A stretch of 64,000 nt of DNA from positions 1,945,732-2,009,731 of the forward strand of contig OZ251501.1 of the NCBI GenBank assembly GCA_965242715.1, in the 5' to 3' direction. The DNA is from Tenacibaculum sp. Its GTDB lineage: Bacteria > Bacteroidota > Bacteroidia > Flavobacteriales > Flavobacteriaceae. Both the position numbers and the translations under genes were made by a program. The notes under the pieces were generated by a model that was not told the origin of the DNA, did no database searches, and worked only from the letters and a program-made list of their open reading frames with translations. Shown here piece after piece: positions 20,652 to 30,872 of this stretch; the first letter of the stretch is position 1; every line of letters begins with the position of its first letter.

Positions 20652-21653
20652 CTAAGACAAGGATGCTGAATATTCTAGTAAATCAACAATTTTAGTAGCA
20701 TAACCAAACTCATTATCATACCAAGAAATTATTTTAAAAAAATTACTATTTAATTCTAAACTGGCATCTGCATCTACAACAGAAGTTCTTGTTTCTGAAA
20801 CAAAATCTTGAGAGACTACTTTTTCTTCTGTATAACCAAGAATTCCTTTTAATTCTCCTTCTGAAGCTGCTTTTAAAACTGCTTTAATCTCACTTAAAGA
20901 AGTAGCTTTTTCAGTTTTAAATGTTAAATCTACCAAAGAAACATCTGCCACAGGGACTCTAATTGCCATACCTGTTAACTTGCCTTCTAAAGCTGGTATT
21001 ACTTTAGAAACTGCTTTTGCTGCTCCTGTAGAAGCTGGTATTAAATTATTTAACACCGATCTTCCTCTTCTTCTATCTCCATTTGGGCTATCTACAACTC
21101 CTTGCCCCGAAGTTGCGGCATGAATTGTTGTCATTAATCCTTCTGCAATTCCAAAGTTTTCATGCAATACTTTTGCTAACGGAGCTAAACAGTTTGTTGT
21201 ACATGAAGCGTTAGATACGCTTGTATCTGTAGCTTTCATTTCTGTATGATTTACACCCATTACAAACATTTTTGCATCTGGTGATGGAGCTGAAATAAAT
21301 ACTTTTTTAGCGCCTCCTTTAATATGTAAATCTGCTTTTTCTTTTGAAGTAAAGAAACCTGTAGACTCAATTATATATTCTGCACCAACTTCATTCCATT
21401 TTAAATTCTCTGGGTTTCTTTCTGCGGTAACTCTAATTTCTTTTCCATTTACAACTAGTTTCCCTTTTTTAACCTGAATATCTCCTTGAAAACGACCATG
21501 AACAGAATCGTATTTTAATAAATATGCTAAATAATCTACATCTAATAAATCATTAATTGCAACCACCTCTACATTACTTCTGTTGATTGCTGCTCTAAAA
21601 GCTATTCTTCCTATTCTACCAAATCCGTTAATTCCTATTTTAATCATATTCAT
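20652..21653 (-). CDS. gap: Type I glyceraldehyde-3-phosphate dehydrogenase (paralogue 1)
   Basis: 333 aa with the same motif set. Immediately downstream of pfkA. Confidence 0.93.
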   Translation of the reverse strand: MNMIKIGINGFGRIGRIAFRAAINRSNVEVVAINDLLDVDYLAYLLKYDSVHGRFQGDIQVKKGKLVVNGKEIRVTAERNPENLKWNEVGAEYIIESTGFFTSKEKADLHIKGGAKKVFISAPSPDAKMFVMGVNHTEMKATDTSVSNASCTTNCLAPLAKVLHENFGIAEGLMTTIHAATSGQGVVDSPNGDRRRGRSVLNNLIPASTGAAKAVSKVIPALEGKLTGMAIRVPVADVSLVDLTFKTEKATSLSEIKAVLKAASEGELKGILGYTEEKVVSQDFVSETRTSVVDADASLELNSNFFKIISWYDNEFGYATKIVDLLEYSASLS

Positions 21654-21670
21654 TATTTAATTTATACTTA

Positions 21671-22654
21671 TTAGGTGGTCATAATATCAGAGACTCGTAA
21701 AAGTTCTCTGTTAATTTCACTTTGACCTTTTATTGCTTTTTCTAAATCTATGGTTTGAATTTCATTATTCTGTAACCCAACCATAAGGTTTGTTTTTTTG
21801 TCAATCAATAACTCCACAGCTTTTACACCCATTCTACTTGCTAAAACTCTATCAAAGCACGAAGGAGCTCCTCCTCTTTGCATATGTCCTAGGACAGATA
21901 CTCTAACTTCATAGTCTTCTAAGTTCTCTTCAATATAATCAGCTAATTCAAAAACATTTTTACCTGTTTTATCTCCTTCAGAAACAACTACAATACTTGA
22001 AGATTTACCAGCCCTTTTGCTCTTTTTTAAAGATTCTAATAATCTATCTAATCCTAAGTTTTCTTCAGGAATTAATATTTCTTCTGCTCCAGCTCCAACC
22101 CCTGCATTTAAAGCTATAAAACCTGCATCACGCCCCATTACTTCAACAAAAAATAATCTATTATGTGATGATGCCGTATCTCTAATTTTATCAATAGCTT
22201 CAACAGCTGTATTTAATGCAGTATCATAACCTATAGTATGTGTGGTCCCGTAAATATCATTATCTATAGTTCCTGGGATTCCAATAATAGGAAAATTATA
22301 TTCTTCATTAAACACAACTCCTCCTGTAAAGGAACCGTCTCCGCCAATTACAACTAATGCATCTATATTTTGTTTTTGAAGGTTTTTATACGCTTTTTTA
22401 CGACCTTCTTTAGTTCTAAATTCTTTAGATCTTGCGGTTTTTAATATGGTGCCACCTTTATGAACAATATTATTTACACTTCTTGCGGTTAATGTGACAA
22501 AATCTCCTTCAATCAATCCTTGATAACCTCTATACACACCAACGCATTCGGTTCTGTAATAAGCACAAGCTCTTGCTACAGAACGAATTGCGGCATTCAT
22601 CCCTGGAGCGTCTCCTCCAGAAGTCATTACTGCTATTTTTTTTATTTTCTTCAT
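21671..22654 (-). CDS. pfkA: ATP-dependent 6-phosphofructokinase
   Basis: MKKIKKIAVMTSGGDAPGMNAAIR, IGGDGS and GIPGTIDND motifs. I prefer the ATG at 22654 over the TTG at 22669. Confidence 0.93.
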   Translation of the reverse strand: MKKIKKIAVMTSGGDAPGMNAAIRSVARACAYYRTECVGVYRGYQGLIEGDFVTLTARSVNNIVHKGGTILKTARSKEFRTKEGRKKAYKNLQKQNIDALVVIGGDGSFTGGVVFNEEYNFPIIGIPGTIDNDIYGTTHTIGYDTALNTAVEAIDKIRDTASSHNRLFFVEVMGRDAGFIALNAGVGAGAEEILIPEENLGLDRLLESLKKSKRAGKSSSIVVVSEGDKTGKNVFELADYIEENLEDYEVRVSVLGHMQRGGAPSCFDRVLASRMGVKAVELLIDKKTNLMVGLQNNEIQTIDLEKAIKGQSEINRELLRVSDIMTT

Positions 22655-23152
22655 ATTTAACGAATTCAAAATTACCTAAATATACGCTTTCTTTAACAAA
22701 AATCTGCGAAATCGTTTTCGGTTTTACAGCCTTTTATCTTTAGTAAAACATATTAAAATGAGTGTTTATTTTAATGTGAATTTAGAAACTAATTTGATAG
22801 CTTAATGTAAGTTTTAATATTAAATACCTGACAACCTGAGTTCGATTAATAAGTGGTTAATTATAAAGCTGTTTATATCTTTAAATAATAATTGAACTCA
22901 GGTTTTAAATGAGGAACAGAAAATAGAATATTGCTACGGCGAGTAAACCTTCACCAATATCTCTTTTAATCATATTGATTTCTAATATTGGATCTGTTGT
23001 TTCCTGCTAGCTACTAAGTTAGATTCTGGTAAAACCGCATAAAAAAATTTGTGTTAGCAACATTGCAGCTACTAAGCAGATAAAAATTCTACATACCCAA
23101 AATGGGGGTGTTTTTTATAATTGTTGTTGTTATTTTAAATTATTTACTGTTT

Positions 23153-23262
23153 TGCGTTAGCGATTGAAACGGTATCCTTTTTTGGCTTTTTCGCCAAAAA
23201 AGATATAGTGTAAAGCGCGCCTTATTTTTATTTTTCTTAAAAATGAGGAACGCCCAAAGATA
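23153..23262. repeat. Family B structured intergenic repeat (divergent copy)
   Basis: gcgttagcgattgaaacgg, then the inner palindrome tccttttttggc/gccaaaaaaga, then agtgtaaagcgcgcc...gaggaacgcccaaaga. Confidence 0.6.
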
Positions 23263-23324
23263 ACGTATCAATGAATTTTTATTTAAGATAAAAGTATTCT
23301 TAAACTATATTATAAAGCACAACG

Positions 23325-26300
23325 CTACTCTCCTTTCTTCTTAAAATTAAATAAATTTTTATGAGGGGTTAAAATAGTATCTTTTTTTACTTCTTCTTTA
23401 AAGGTGTCTTTCTTTTTTAACCCTACTTTTTGCAGTAATTCTGACAATGTATTAAAGTTTACTTGGTACGAGAAACCAATACCTTGCGTGTAGCCTTCTT
23501 CTTCTAAGGCTGAATATTGTATTTCATTTTGACGATTAAAAACTACACCTCTAAAATTACCTTCTTTATTCAATAAAACCTCTATTTTAACGTCCCCCGC
23601 AACACTGGTTTGCGTGTTTCCACCAACAGGAATACCTACAACACCATTAATAAGAACACGATCGCTTAATTGCGTAGAGACTGATAAATCTACCTGACTA
23701 TCAGTAGAATTTAAAGAATTAAGGCTTCCTGTTTCTCCTTGAGTATACCCTACACCAAGTTGAATTTTACCGTCTTTACTATTTAATACACTAGAAAGTA
23801 CACCTCCTAAAACTTCTGCTGCTGTTCCTGTTAAACCAGAAGAGGCACTATTACCTATAGTTTCTTCATTGAAAAATGTTCCGAAGGCTAATAAAAATGA
23901 AAAATGTTTTAGCTTAGTATCTAAATCATTTTCATTTAATTTAAATTCTAATTCTGAAGCTATTGAAGAGTTTGCATTCGGAATCTTAATATCAAACTCT
24001 TGTTTAGAACTGAATAAACCACCCGTAATCTTAGTATATAAATCTATAGGAATTTTACGATTAGAGTACACATTATCTAATAATTGAGCAGGGTTTGCTT
24101 TGGTTCTATAAACGGCTGTAATATCTAATTCGGCTTCGTACGGATTACCATTCCAAGAAATAGTTCCTCCTTTTTGCACAACAAAAGGCTTGTTTATAAC
24201 GCCTCCATATCTAAAATTATAGACTCCGTTATCAATCTCAAAATCGCCTAACATTCTAAACTTACCTCGTGTATTAATTTCTATTTGTAAATTACCCGTT
24301 CCGCTTCCTTTTAATTCGCTTCCTGAAGTTTTATCTATTACAACTTGTGCCAACGCATCTTTTGTAATATCAAGATTAATGTTTAAATTCAATCCTTTTA
24401 TATCATCTATACTAAGATCTTTAACTACTTCTTTTTTAGCGGATTTAAAGTGAATAAGTTTATAATTATCAATTGTTTTAACATTACTTAGCGGAATTAC
24501 AAATACAGTTCCTGGATTGGTTTTTCCTCTTATATCAATAGTTAAATTACTGGTTAAACCTCTAATTGTGGCATTACCGTCTAAAAAACCTGTTCCGTAG
24601 TATTCAGCCTCTTCTTTTTCTTGTGTGTCTAATACTAATAAATTATTGGTTTCTATGTCTAAATTTAAAAACCATTGTTCAAAATTTTGATGTGTAATAC
24701 TTCCGTTAAAAAGCCCTTGTGTTTGATGTTTAGTATCAGTAAGTTGAATACCTGATAAAATAAACGATTGGTCTTGTAACTTTACACTTGTATTTCCTTT
24801 TAAGTCATAATCTACATTTAAATACGGAAAGGTTAAACCTGTATTTTTAAAATTTAGAATACCTTTAAAAGACGGGTTTTTTAAAAAACCTGTTGCTGTA
24901 AAATTACCTGAAACTTGCCCTCTCAATTTAGAGAGCACCGCTGCTCCTAACGGGCTAAATGCCGAAATATCATATTCCTTTAGAAAAATATCTAGATCAA
25001 TTTCTGGACGTTCTTTAGAAAAATCTATGATTCCTGTGGCAGATATATTCTTGGCTTTACTATTTTCGAGTGATAGGTTTACTTCATATTTCTCGTATGA
25101 ATTATCACCTTTAACCTGCAATGCCAAATTACCTTGAATATAATTATTAATGCTAAAATTATTAATTACTAGGTTTCCTTTTGGGCTATAATTGCCATTA
25201 TTTTGAGAAAAATATACCGAGCCATTTAATTCGCCTTTTAATGCTAAACTATCTATTGGCGGTAAAAAACTTGCTAGTTTTACTTTGGTGAAATTTGCTT
25301 GTAGGTTTTTAAAATTATCGCCTCGTAAATCTCCTTTAAAATTAATTTTCTGTTCATTGGAAACTAAAGTAAACGAGCTAAAAAAGAACTCATTATTCTT
25401 TAAATCGAAAACAACTTTATTGTCTTTATTTTTTAATGGATTTATTACCCAATCGTATTCTTTAAAGTTAAATGTAGATTCCTGGATTCCAATAACTGAC
25501 TTCTGTTCATTGTTAATGGTGTAGAAAAAATCGAGATTAAATTTTTCTGTATTTTGTTTTCCGCCTTTAAAAATAGATTTAAAATATAGTGTATCATTTA
25601 CTGTACGGTTTAGTAAATTCAGTTTATTTATATCATAATATTTTGTTTTAATATTACCAACTGTTAAATGTGCATTATATAGCGGGTTTTTATTATCTAC
25701 CCGTAATAAAATCGTATCTATACTATTACCATAAGCATCAATTTTTGGTGATGAAAAAGTAAGTTTTAACGAATTTTTATTAGACTTAATTTTCCCTTTA
25801 ACTCGTGTGTTTTTTCCAATAGAAACTTTAGGTAAAAACACATCTACAATTTGATTATAAATTTTAAAGTCAAAATCTATAAACTGGTTTAATTTTACTG
25901 GGTACGGGGTGTAGTTTGTGTAAACACTACCCAAAGCATTCTGAGCCATTGGCAAAAGTTCTTCAAAAGTAAACTTACCTTTTAGCCCTCCTTTAACAAT
26001 GTCTTTAGAGTCTACTTTTATAGTTTTTACGCTATCTTTTATAGAAGATGTAACTTCAAATTGTTTAAAAGGGTAACTTCTTTTTTGATTGGTGTATACC
26101 AAATTATTAAATGTTGCTTTACCAATAATATCGTTAAAAGTATTGCCTTCTACATCTAGTATTATTTTTCCTTTTAAGATTGAAATGCTATCGCGAATAA
26201 ATAAATTTGTTTTCTTTAAATCTACTTTATCAATATCTGCCTTAAAATCAAATTTATATACTTCAGATGAAAGATCTGCCAATCCTTCAAACTTCATTTT

Positions 26301-27725
26301 TAAATTTTCATCTTTGGTTATTAAAATTCCATCGAATTTCTTATTTTGAAACTGCCCGTTTACATCTAAATTTTTATAATTATAACCATTAAATTCTAGT
26401 TGAGAGACTTTACCAATTATGGTTGTATTAATATTTTCTATAGTAAAACCTTTACCTTGAATATCTGCTTTTAAAGATATTTTACCTAAAATAGAATCGT
26501 TTGCAAAAACACCTATATCAAAATTTTGAAGCTCAACCTCTCCAGAATATTTAGCGTTGTCAATATTATCAATATTTGTTAGTTGTAAATCAGAAATTAT
26601 AGAACCAACTTCTGAGTTTACATTTAAAGTTGCATCCATTTGTTTTGGTGTAATTCTTACTAAACCAGAAAGTGTAAAGTTTCCTAACTTTTTAAAATCT
26701 GTTGGTAACGTTTTACCCAACAAATTAGGCAAGATTCTTTTTAGTTTATCATAATTAGCCGTTACATTGTCTAAATCGCCTTCAAAAATGAAACCTCGTT
26801 GTGTATTTAAGGCATTTACAAAACTCATATCTCCAACAATTTTAATTCCACTATTAGAGTATAAATTTATTTTGTTAGCACTAAAATTATTAAGGGTTCC
26901 ATCTATTTTTCCAGAAAAATGCAGCATGTCATTTCCTCTAAATTCTCCATAGAGTTTGTGCAAATCTTTAAGAGATAATTGGCTCTTATTAAAATTTGCT
27001 TTCATTTTAACTTTATCTGAAAAATACCGAAAGTCTTCTCGTTTGTAATTAAACTCAATATTTGCTTTTAATAAAGACTCATTATCTGTTTGCAATGTAG
27101 TATTTGCAAACACCATTTGTTTTTTAGTATAGGTAAAATCACTTGTTAAATTAGTAATGTTTATGCCTCTATTTTCAGTTAAATACAAACCTCTAACCTT
27201 CATAGAAATATTAGAACCAATTAAGGAAAAATATTGCAAGTTCCCTCCTCCATTTATTGCTGAAAATTGTAACGGTTCTTTCTTGTTTTCATCAATTAAT
27301 TTATACGTTAAATTATCTACATAAATATTATCTGTTTTTAAAACAAATGGCGTAGAAGTGCTATCTTTTGGTTTATCATCTTCAAAGCTGTTTAAAAAAA
27401 CAGACATATTATCGTTCGTTTCTCCTTTATAGGTTTTCATATAAAAATGAACTCCGCTTAAATAAACATCGCCTAAATCTACTTTATTATCTAAAATTCG
27501 TTTCGCATTTAACAAAGAAGTACTTAGGTTATTAACAAATATTAGCGTGTCTTTATGATGGTCTCTAATTTCAAGACCTTTAAGTTGTACACTTCCTAAG
27601 AAAGATAAATCGAGTTTTTTAACAATAATATTTGTCCCAAAATCTTTGTTAATTTTATCAGTAGCAATTTTTGCTAATTTAGTTTGAACTGTAGGAATTG
27701 AGAGTATAAGCATTAACAATAGCAA
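23325..27725 (-). CDS. tamB: Translocation and assembly module protein TamB (DUF490/AsmA-like)
   Basis: 1466 aa with an N-terminal anchor and a long beta-rich repetitive body. Divergent to tsaD, as in many Flavobacteriia. The open frame continues about 20 codons upstream (IKKTEKIFIKWLGYIVLF) with no canonical start, so the true start is uncertain. Confidence 0.85.
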   Translation of the reverse strand: MLLLMLILSIPTVQTKLAKIATDKINKDFGTNIIVKKLDLSFLGSVQLKGLEIRDHHKDTLIFVNNLSTSLLNAKRILDNKVDLGDVYLSGVHFYMKTYKGETNDNMSVFLNSFEDDKPKDSTSTPFVLKTDNIYVDNLTYKLIDENKKEPLQFSAINGGGNLQYFSLIGSNISMKVRGLYLTENRGINITNLTSDFTYTKKQMVFANTTLQTDNESLLKANIEFNYKREDFRYFSDKVKMKANFNKSQLSLKDLHKLYGEFRGNDMLHFSGKIDGTLNNFSANKINLYSNSGIKIVGDMSFVNALNTQRGFIFEGDLDNVTANYDKLKRILPNLLGKTLPTDFKKLGNFTLSGLVRITPKQMDATLNVNSEVGSIISDLQLTNIDNIDNAKYSGEVELQNFDIGVFANDSILGKISLKADIQGKGFTIENINTTIIGKVSQLEFNGYNYKNLDVNGQFQNKKFDGILITKDENLKMKFEGLADLSSEVYKFDFKADIDKVDLKKTNLFIRDSISILKGKIILDVEGNTFNDIIGKATFNNLVYTNQKRSYPFKQFEVTSSIKDSVKTIKVDSKDIVKGGLKGKFTFEELLPMAQNALGSVYTNYTPYPVKLNQFIDFDFKIYNQIVDVFLPKVSIGKNTRVKGKIKSNKNSLKLTFSSPKIDAYGNSIDTILLRVDNKNPLYNAHLTVGNIKTKYYDINKLNLLNRTVNDTLYFKSIFKGGKQNTEKFNLDFFYTINNEQKSVIGIQESTFNFKEYDWVINPLKNKDNKVVFDLKNNEFFFSSFTLVSNEQKINFKGDLRGDNFKNLQANFTKVKLASFLPPIDSLALKGELNGSVYFSQNNGNYSPKGNLVINNFSINNYIQGNLALQVKGDNSYEKYEVNLSLENSKAKNISATGIIDFSKERPEIDLDIFLKEYDISAFSPLGAAVLSKLRGQVSGNFTATGFLKNPSFKGILNFKNTGLTFPYLNVDYDLKGNTSVKLQDQSFILSGIQLTDTKHQTQGLFNGSITHQNFEQWFLNLDIETNNLLVLDTQEKEEAEYYGTGFLDGNATIRGLTSNLTIDIRGKTNPGTVFVIPLSNVKTIDNYKLIHFKSAKKEVVKDLSIDDIKGLNLNINLDITKDALAQVVIDKTSGSELKGSGTGNLQIEINTRGKFRMLGDFEIDNGVYNFRYGGVINKPFVVQKGGTISWNGNPYEAELDITAVYRTKANPAQLLDNVYSNRKIPIDLYTKITGGLFSSKQEFDIKIPNANSSIASELEFKLNENDLDTKLKHFSFLLAFGTFFNEETIGNSASSGLTGTAAEVLGGVLSSVLNSKDGKIQLGVGYTQGETGSLNSLNSTDSQVDLSVSTQLSDRVLINGVVGIPVGGNTQTSVAGDVKIEVLLNKEGNFRGVVFNRQNEIQYSALEEEGYTQGIGFSYQVNFNTLSELLQKVGLKKKDTFKEEVKKDTILTPHKNLFNFKKKGE

Positions 27726-27890
27726 AAAGAGTACAATATACCCGAGCCACTTAATAAATATTTTTTCTGTTTTTTTGATATAAATAAATTAAAATAGTTC
27801 TACAAAAGTAATAAGCAAACAGCAAAAATATTGCCAACCTTTACAAAGAAAAGTCAATTTTAGCGAATTTGTAACGTATTATGAATATTT

Positions 27891-28937
27891 TTGCTCTCAA
27901 AATTACACATTGTGTCAAATCCAGTTTACATATTAGGTATTGAAAGTTCTTGTGATGATACTTGCGCGTCTGTAATTTGTAACGGAAAAGTATTAAGTAA
28001 TATTGTTGCCAACCAAGAAGTACACGCTAAATATGGTGGTGTTGTTCCAGAATTGGCTTCTCGTGCACATCAACAAAATATTGTGCCAGTTGTACAACAA
28101 GCTATTGAACAAGCAAATATTAATAAAACGGCCTTGAGTGCTATTGCTTTTACTCGTGGCCCAGGATTAATGGGTTCTTTACTTGTAGGGACTTCATTTG
28201 CAAAATCTTTAGCATTAGGCTTAAAAATTCCGTTAATTGATGTAAACCATATGCAAGCGCATATTTTGGCTCATTTTATTGATGAAGAAAACAGTAAAAT
28301 TCCGCAATTCCCATTTATTTGTTTAACTATTAGTGGCGGGCATACACAGATTGTAAAAGTTACCAATCATTTTGAAATGGTCGTTTTGGGCGAAACTATA
28401 GATGATGCTGTTGGTGAAGCATTTGATAAATCGGCAAAAATTTTAGGATTGCCATACCCTGGCGGTCCATTAATTGATAAATATGCACAATTAGGAAACC
28501 CAAAAGCATATCAATTTACGAAACCAAAAGTTGGCGATTTAGACTTTAGTTTTAGCGGGTTAAAAACCGGTATTCTATATTTTGTTCAGAAAAAAGTGAA
28601 GGAAAATTCAAATTTTATTAAAGAAAACCTAAACGATATTTGCGCATCTATTCAATATACAATTGCTGAAATATTAATGGACAAACTCAAAAACGCAGTA
28701 AACCAAACAGGTATTAAACATATTTCAATTGCAGGTGGAGTTTCAGCAAATTCAGAAATTAGAAAACGTTTACAACTTGCGGAGAAACATTGGGGTTGGA
28801 CAACGTATATCCCTAAATTTGAATACACAACAGACAATGCCGCAATGATTGCAATTACAGGTTATCTAAAATACTTAAACAAAGATTATGCAGCTATTTC
28901 TGTAACTGCAAAAGCACGATTAAAAGTAACCGAATAA
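27891..28937 (+). CDS. tsaD: tRNA N6-adenosine threonylcarbamoyltransferase
   Basis: ILGIESSCDDT, LISGGHT-like (ISGGHTQIV) and GGVSAN motifs. The probable start is GTG at 27912 (MSNPVYILGIE). Confidence 0.92.
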   Translation: MLSKLHIVSNPVYILGIESSCDDTCASVICNGKVLSNIVANQEVHAKYGGVVPELASRAHQQNIVPVVQQAIEQANINKTALSAIAFTRGPGLMGSLLVGTSFAKSLALGLKIPLIDVNHMQAHILAHFIDEENSKIPQFPFICLTISGGHTQIVKVTNHFEMVVLGETIDDAVGEAFDKSAKILGLPYPGGPLIDKYAQLGNPKAYQFTKPKVGDLDFSFSGLKTGILYFVQKKVKENSNFIKENLNDICASIQYTIAEILMDKLKNAVNQTGIKHISIAGGVSANSEIRKRLQLAEKHWGWTTYIPKFEYTTDNAAMIAITGYLKYLNKDYAAISVTAKARLKVTE

Positions 28938-29510
28938 TTTAGTGCTTTTACCTAAGTTTTATAGCATTTTGAAAAAAGATTATTTTTTGCACTTCAATAT
29001 TACTTTCTATAGATTGTTTACTTTCTCGTTGCAAGATTATTTTTCTTAATATTCTATTTTAATAATACTATAGAAATTGGTTTTTTTGATTTTTTAAAAA
29101 CCTTTTTATATGGGGTAAGGTTAGATGCATCTTTTGCGGGGTATTTAAGCTTAACCCGAATAATTCATCAGAAATCAAAAAACCTGAATGTAAAGTGTTA
29201 TATTTAAGCAGTTAAACACAAAATATATCATTTTTTAAAACACCCAGATTTGAGCACTAAAGATACTTTATTTTATCGAGGAAATCAAGCTATTTCGGTT
29301 GATTTTTCAGCCACAGAGATTAGTTCAGATGGTTCTTTGATTCTTTTAGAAAAGTTAGAGAGAACCCACAACTTACTAAAACATTTTAGCAAGTTACTTC
29401 CTGATCTTCGAAACCCTAAATACATTACTTACAGTCGAGAGCATCAACTCAAGCAACGTGTGTTTATGCTAATGCTAGGTTATCAAGATGCCAATGATGT
29501 GACCCATTTA

Positions 29511-30872
29511 CAATACTCCGTTAAGTTTTTATGCTGCTCTGATACCATAATACAGTAGTTCTTTAATTTTTTGTTTATTATTCTTCAAGTTCGGTCTTAT
29601 AGCGAACACGTTAAAAAATCGAGCAAGCATTAACTCATTGTGATGTAAGGTTTTAATATCCTTGATTGAGAAAGCCCCTCTTAGCCTTTTTTCAATAGGC
29701 ATCCAATGTGTAATCTTAGCGAGATTAACCGTTGTAAGTGCTGTATTAAAATGAAAGTTGAGTTTATCTTCACTTCTTGCTTGACAGTGATTTAGACCTG
29801 AGTATTGCTTGGCATCTCTAAAAGTAAATTCTATTTGAAATCTGGTGCGATAATATGTCAAAATCATTTCTGCTGAAATTGTTACATCTGTAGAAAAATA
29901 TAATTTATGATTCCATTTTCCTTTTTTAAGGAAATAAACAATCACAAGATTGATTTTTCTTTTTAATGATTTTGAGTATACAATAGCGCTGTATACTTTG
30001 CTTTGCTGATTGTCTTCTATCAAAGAAAAATATTCTTTTCTAAGTTTTTTATAATCAATTTTTCCATCATATTTCTTAGGTCTTCCTCTCCCATATTTCT
30101 GTTGGTCAGTATAAATATATTGTAAGTCAGCATCGTTTCTTAGTCTGCTAACGGTCTCCAATCCATTATCAGAGAGTTTAGAAACAAAACCGTATTTGGA
30201 AAAATAAGCATCTGCCACAACATATTTAGACATCGAAAGAAGGACCTCTTTTCTTTGAATCAATATATTGGCATAATGATCTACCAAACTTTTTGATTCC
30301 AAATTATTTGGTGTCTGAACAGCCTCTAAATGAAACGCTGTATGATTATCTATATCAATCGCTGCTATACCAGATATTTCCAATCCCCATTTTGCCTTTC
30401 CCGCTACACCAGACCAATAATAACCAACTCCACAGGTGGATTTACCAGATTTACTAACATAACTCGGGTCGAAAGCAATGGTTAAATGTTTGCCCCCATA
30501 CTCAGTAATCAATTCTTTATTGAAATTTAAAAAGTCAAAAGACTTACTAAACTGATTCCTGTAATGTTGTTCTCCATGATCACCATAACGACTTAACTGC
30601 ATAAAATTTAAACGTCCTTTTATGCTGAGAAATAGACCAAAAACTTCCAACATAAAATCATATTGCCATTTATTTACATCTTTCATTTTGTTAAGTAATC
30701 TTTTTGTGTGATATTTATAGTTGGATTTCTCCTTGAGAAGCATCATTAATAGCTGTTTGAAATTAACTATTAATTTAATGATAATCAGGGAGTTATCCTA
30801 ATTTTTGAGCCTGTTTTTTTAACTTATTTAATTGACTGTTAGAGGGTTAGGGCAAAGTTTAACGGAGTATTG
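29511..30872 (-). mobile_element. IS4-family insertion sequence (1362 bp) nested inside the IS1380 transposase gene
   Basis: Perfect 14-bp IRs CAATACTCCGTTAA / TTAACGGAGTATTG. 5-bp TSD ATTTA at 29506-29510 and 30873-30877. Confidence 0.88.
29529..30746 (-). CDS. IS4-family DDE transposase
   Basis: 405 aa. Y-2-R-3-E-6-K signature in YYRTRFQIEFTFRDAKQ. Confidence 0.8.
   Translation of the reverse strand: MMLLKEKSNYKYHTKRLLNKMKDVNKWQYDFMLEVFGLFLSIKGRLNFMQLSRYGDHGEQHYRNQFSKSFDFLNFNKELITEYGGKHLTIAFDPSYVSKSGKSTCGVGYYWSGVAGKAKWGLEISGIAAIDIDNHTAFHLEAVQTPNNLESKSLVDHYANILIQRKEVLLSMSKYVVADAYFSKYGFVSKLSDNGLETVSRLRNDADLQYIYTDQQKYGRGRPKKYDGKIDYKKLRKEYFSLIEDNQQSKVYSAIVYSKSLKRKINLVIVYFLKKGKWNHKLYFSTDVTISAEMILTYYRTRFQIEFTFRDAKQYSGLNHCQARSEDKLNFHFNTALTTVNLAKITHWMPIEKRLRGAFSIKDIKTLHHNELMLARFFNVFAIRPNLKNNKQKIKELLYYGIRAA

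Noticed and set aside
22833-22904. tRNA-like signal (gagttcgatt resembles a T-arm)
   Set aside because: No acceptor stem, D-arm or anticodon arm can be drawn around it. It is one arm of an 11-bp inverted repeat.
27726-27790. Unusual start for tamB (open frame continues upstream without ATG/GTG/TTG)
   Set aside because: It is most simply explained by use of the in-frame TTG/ATG within the hydrophobic N-terminus. This is a start-site ambiguity, not evidence of a special mechanism.
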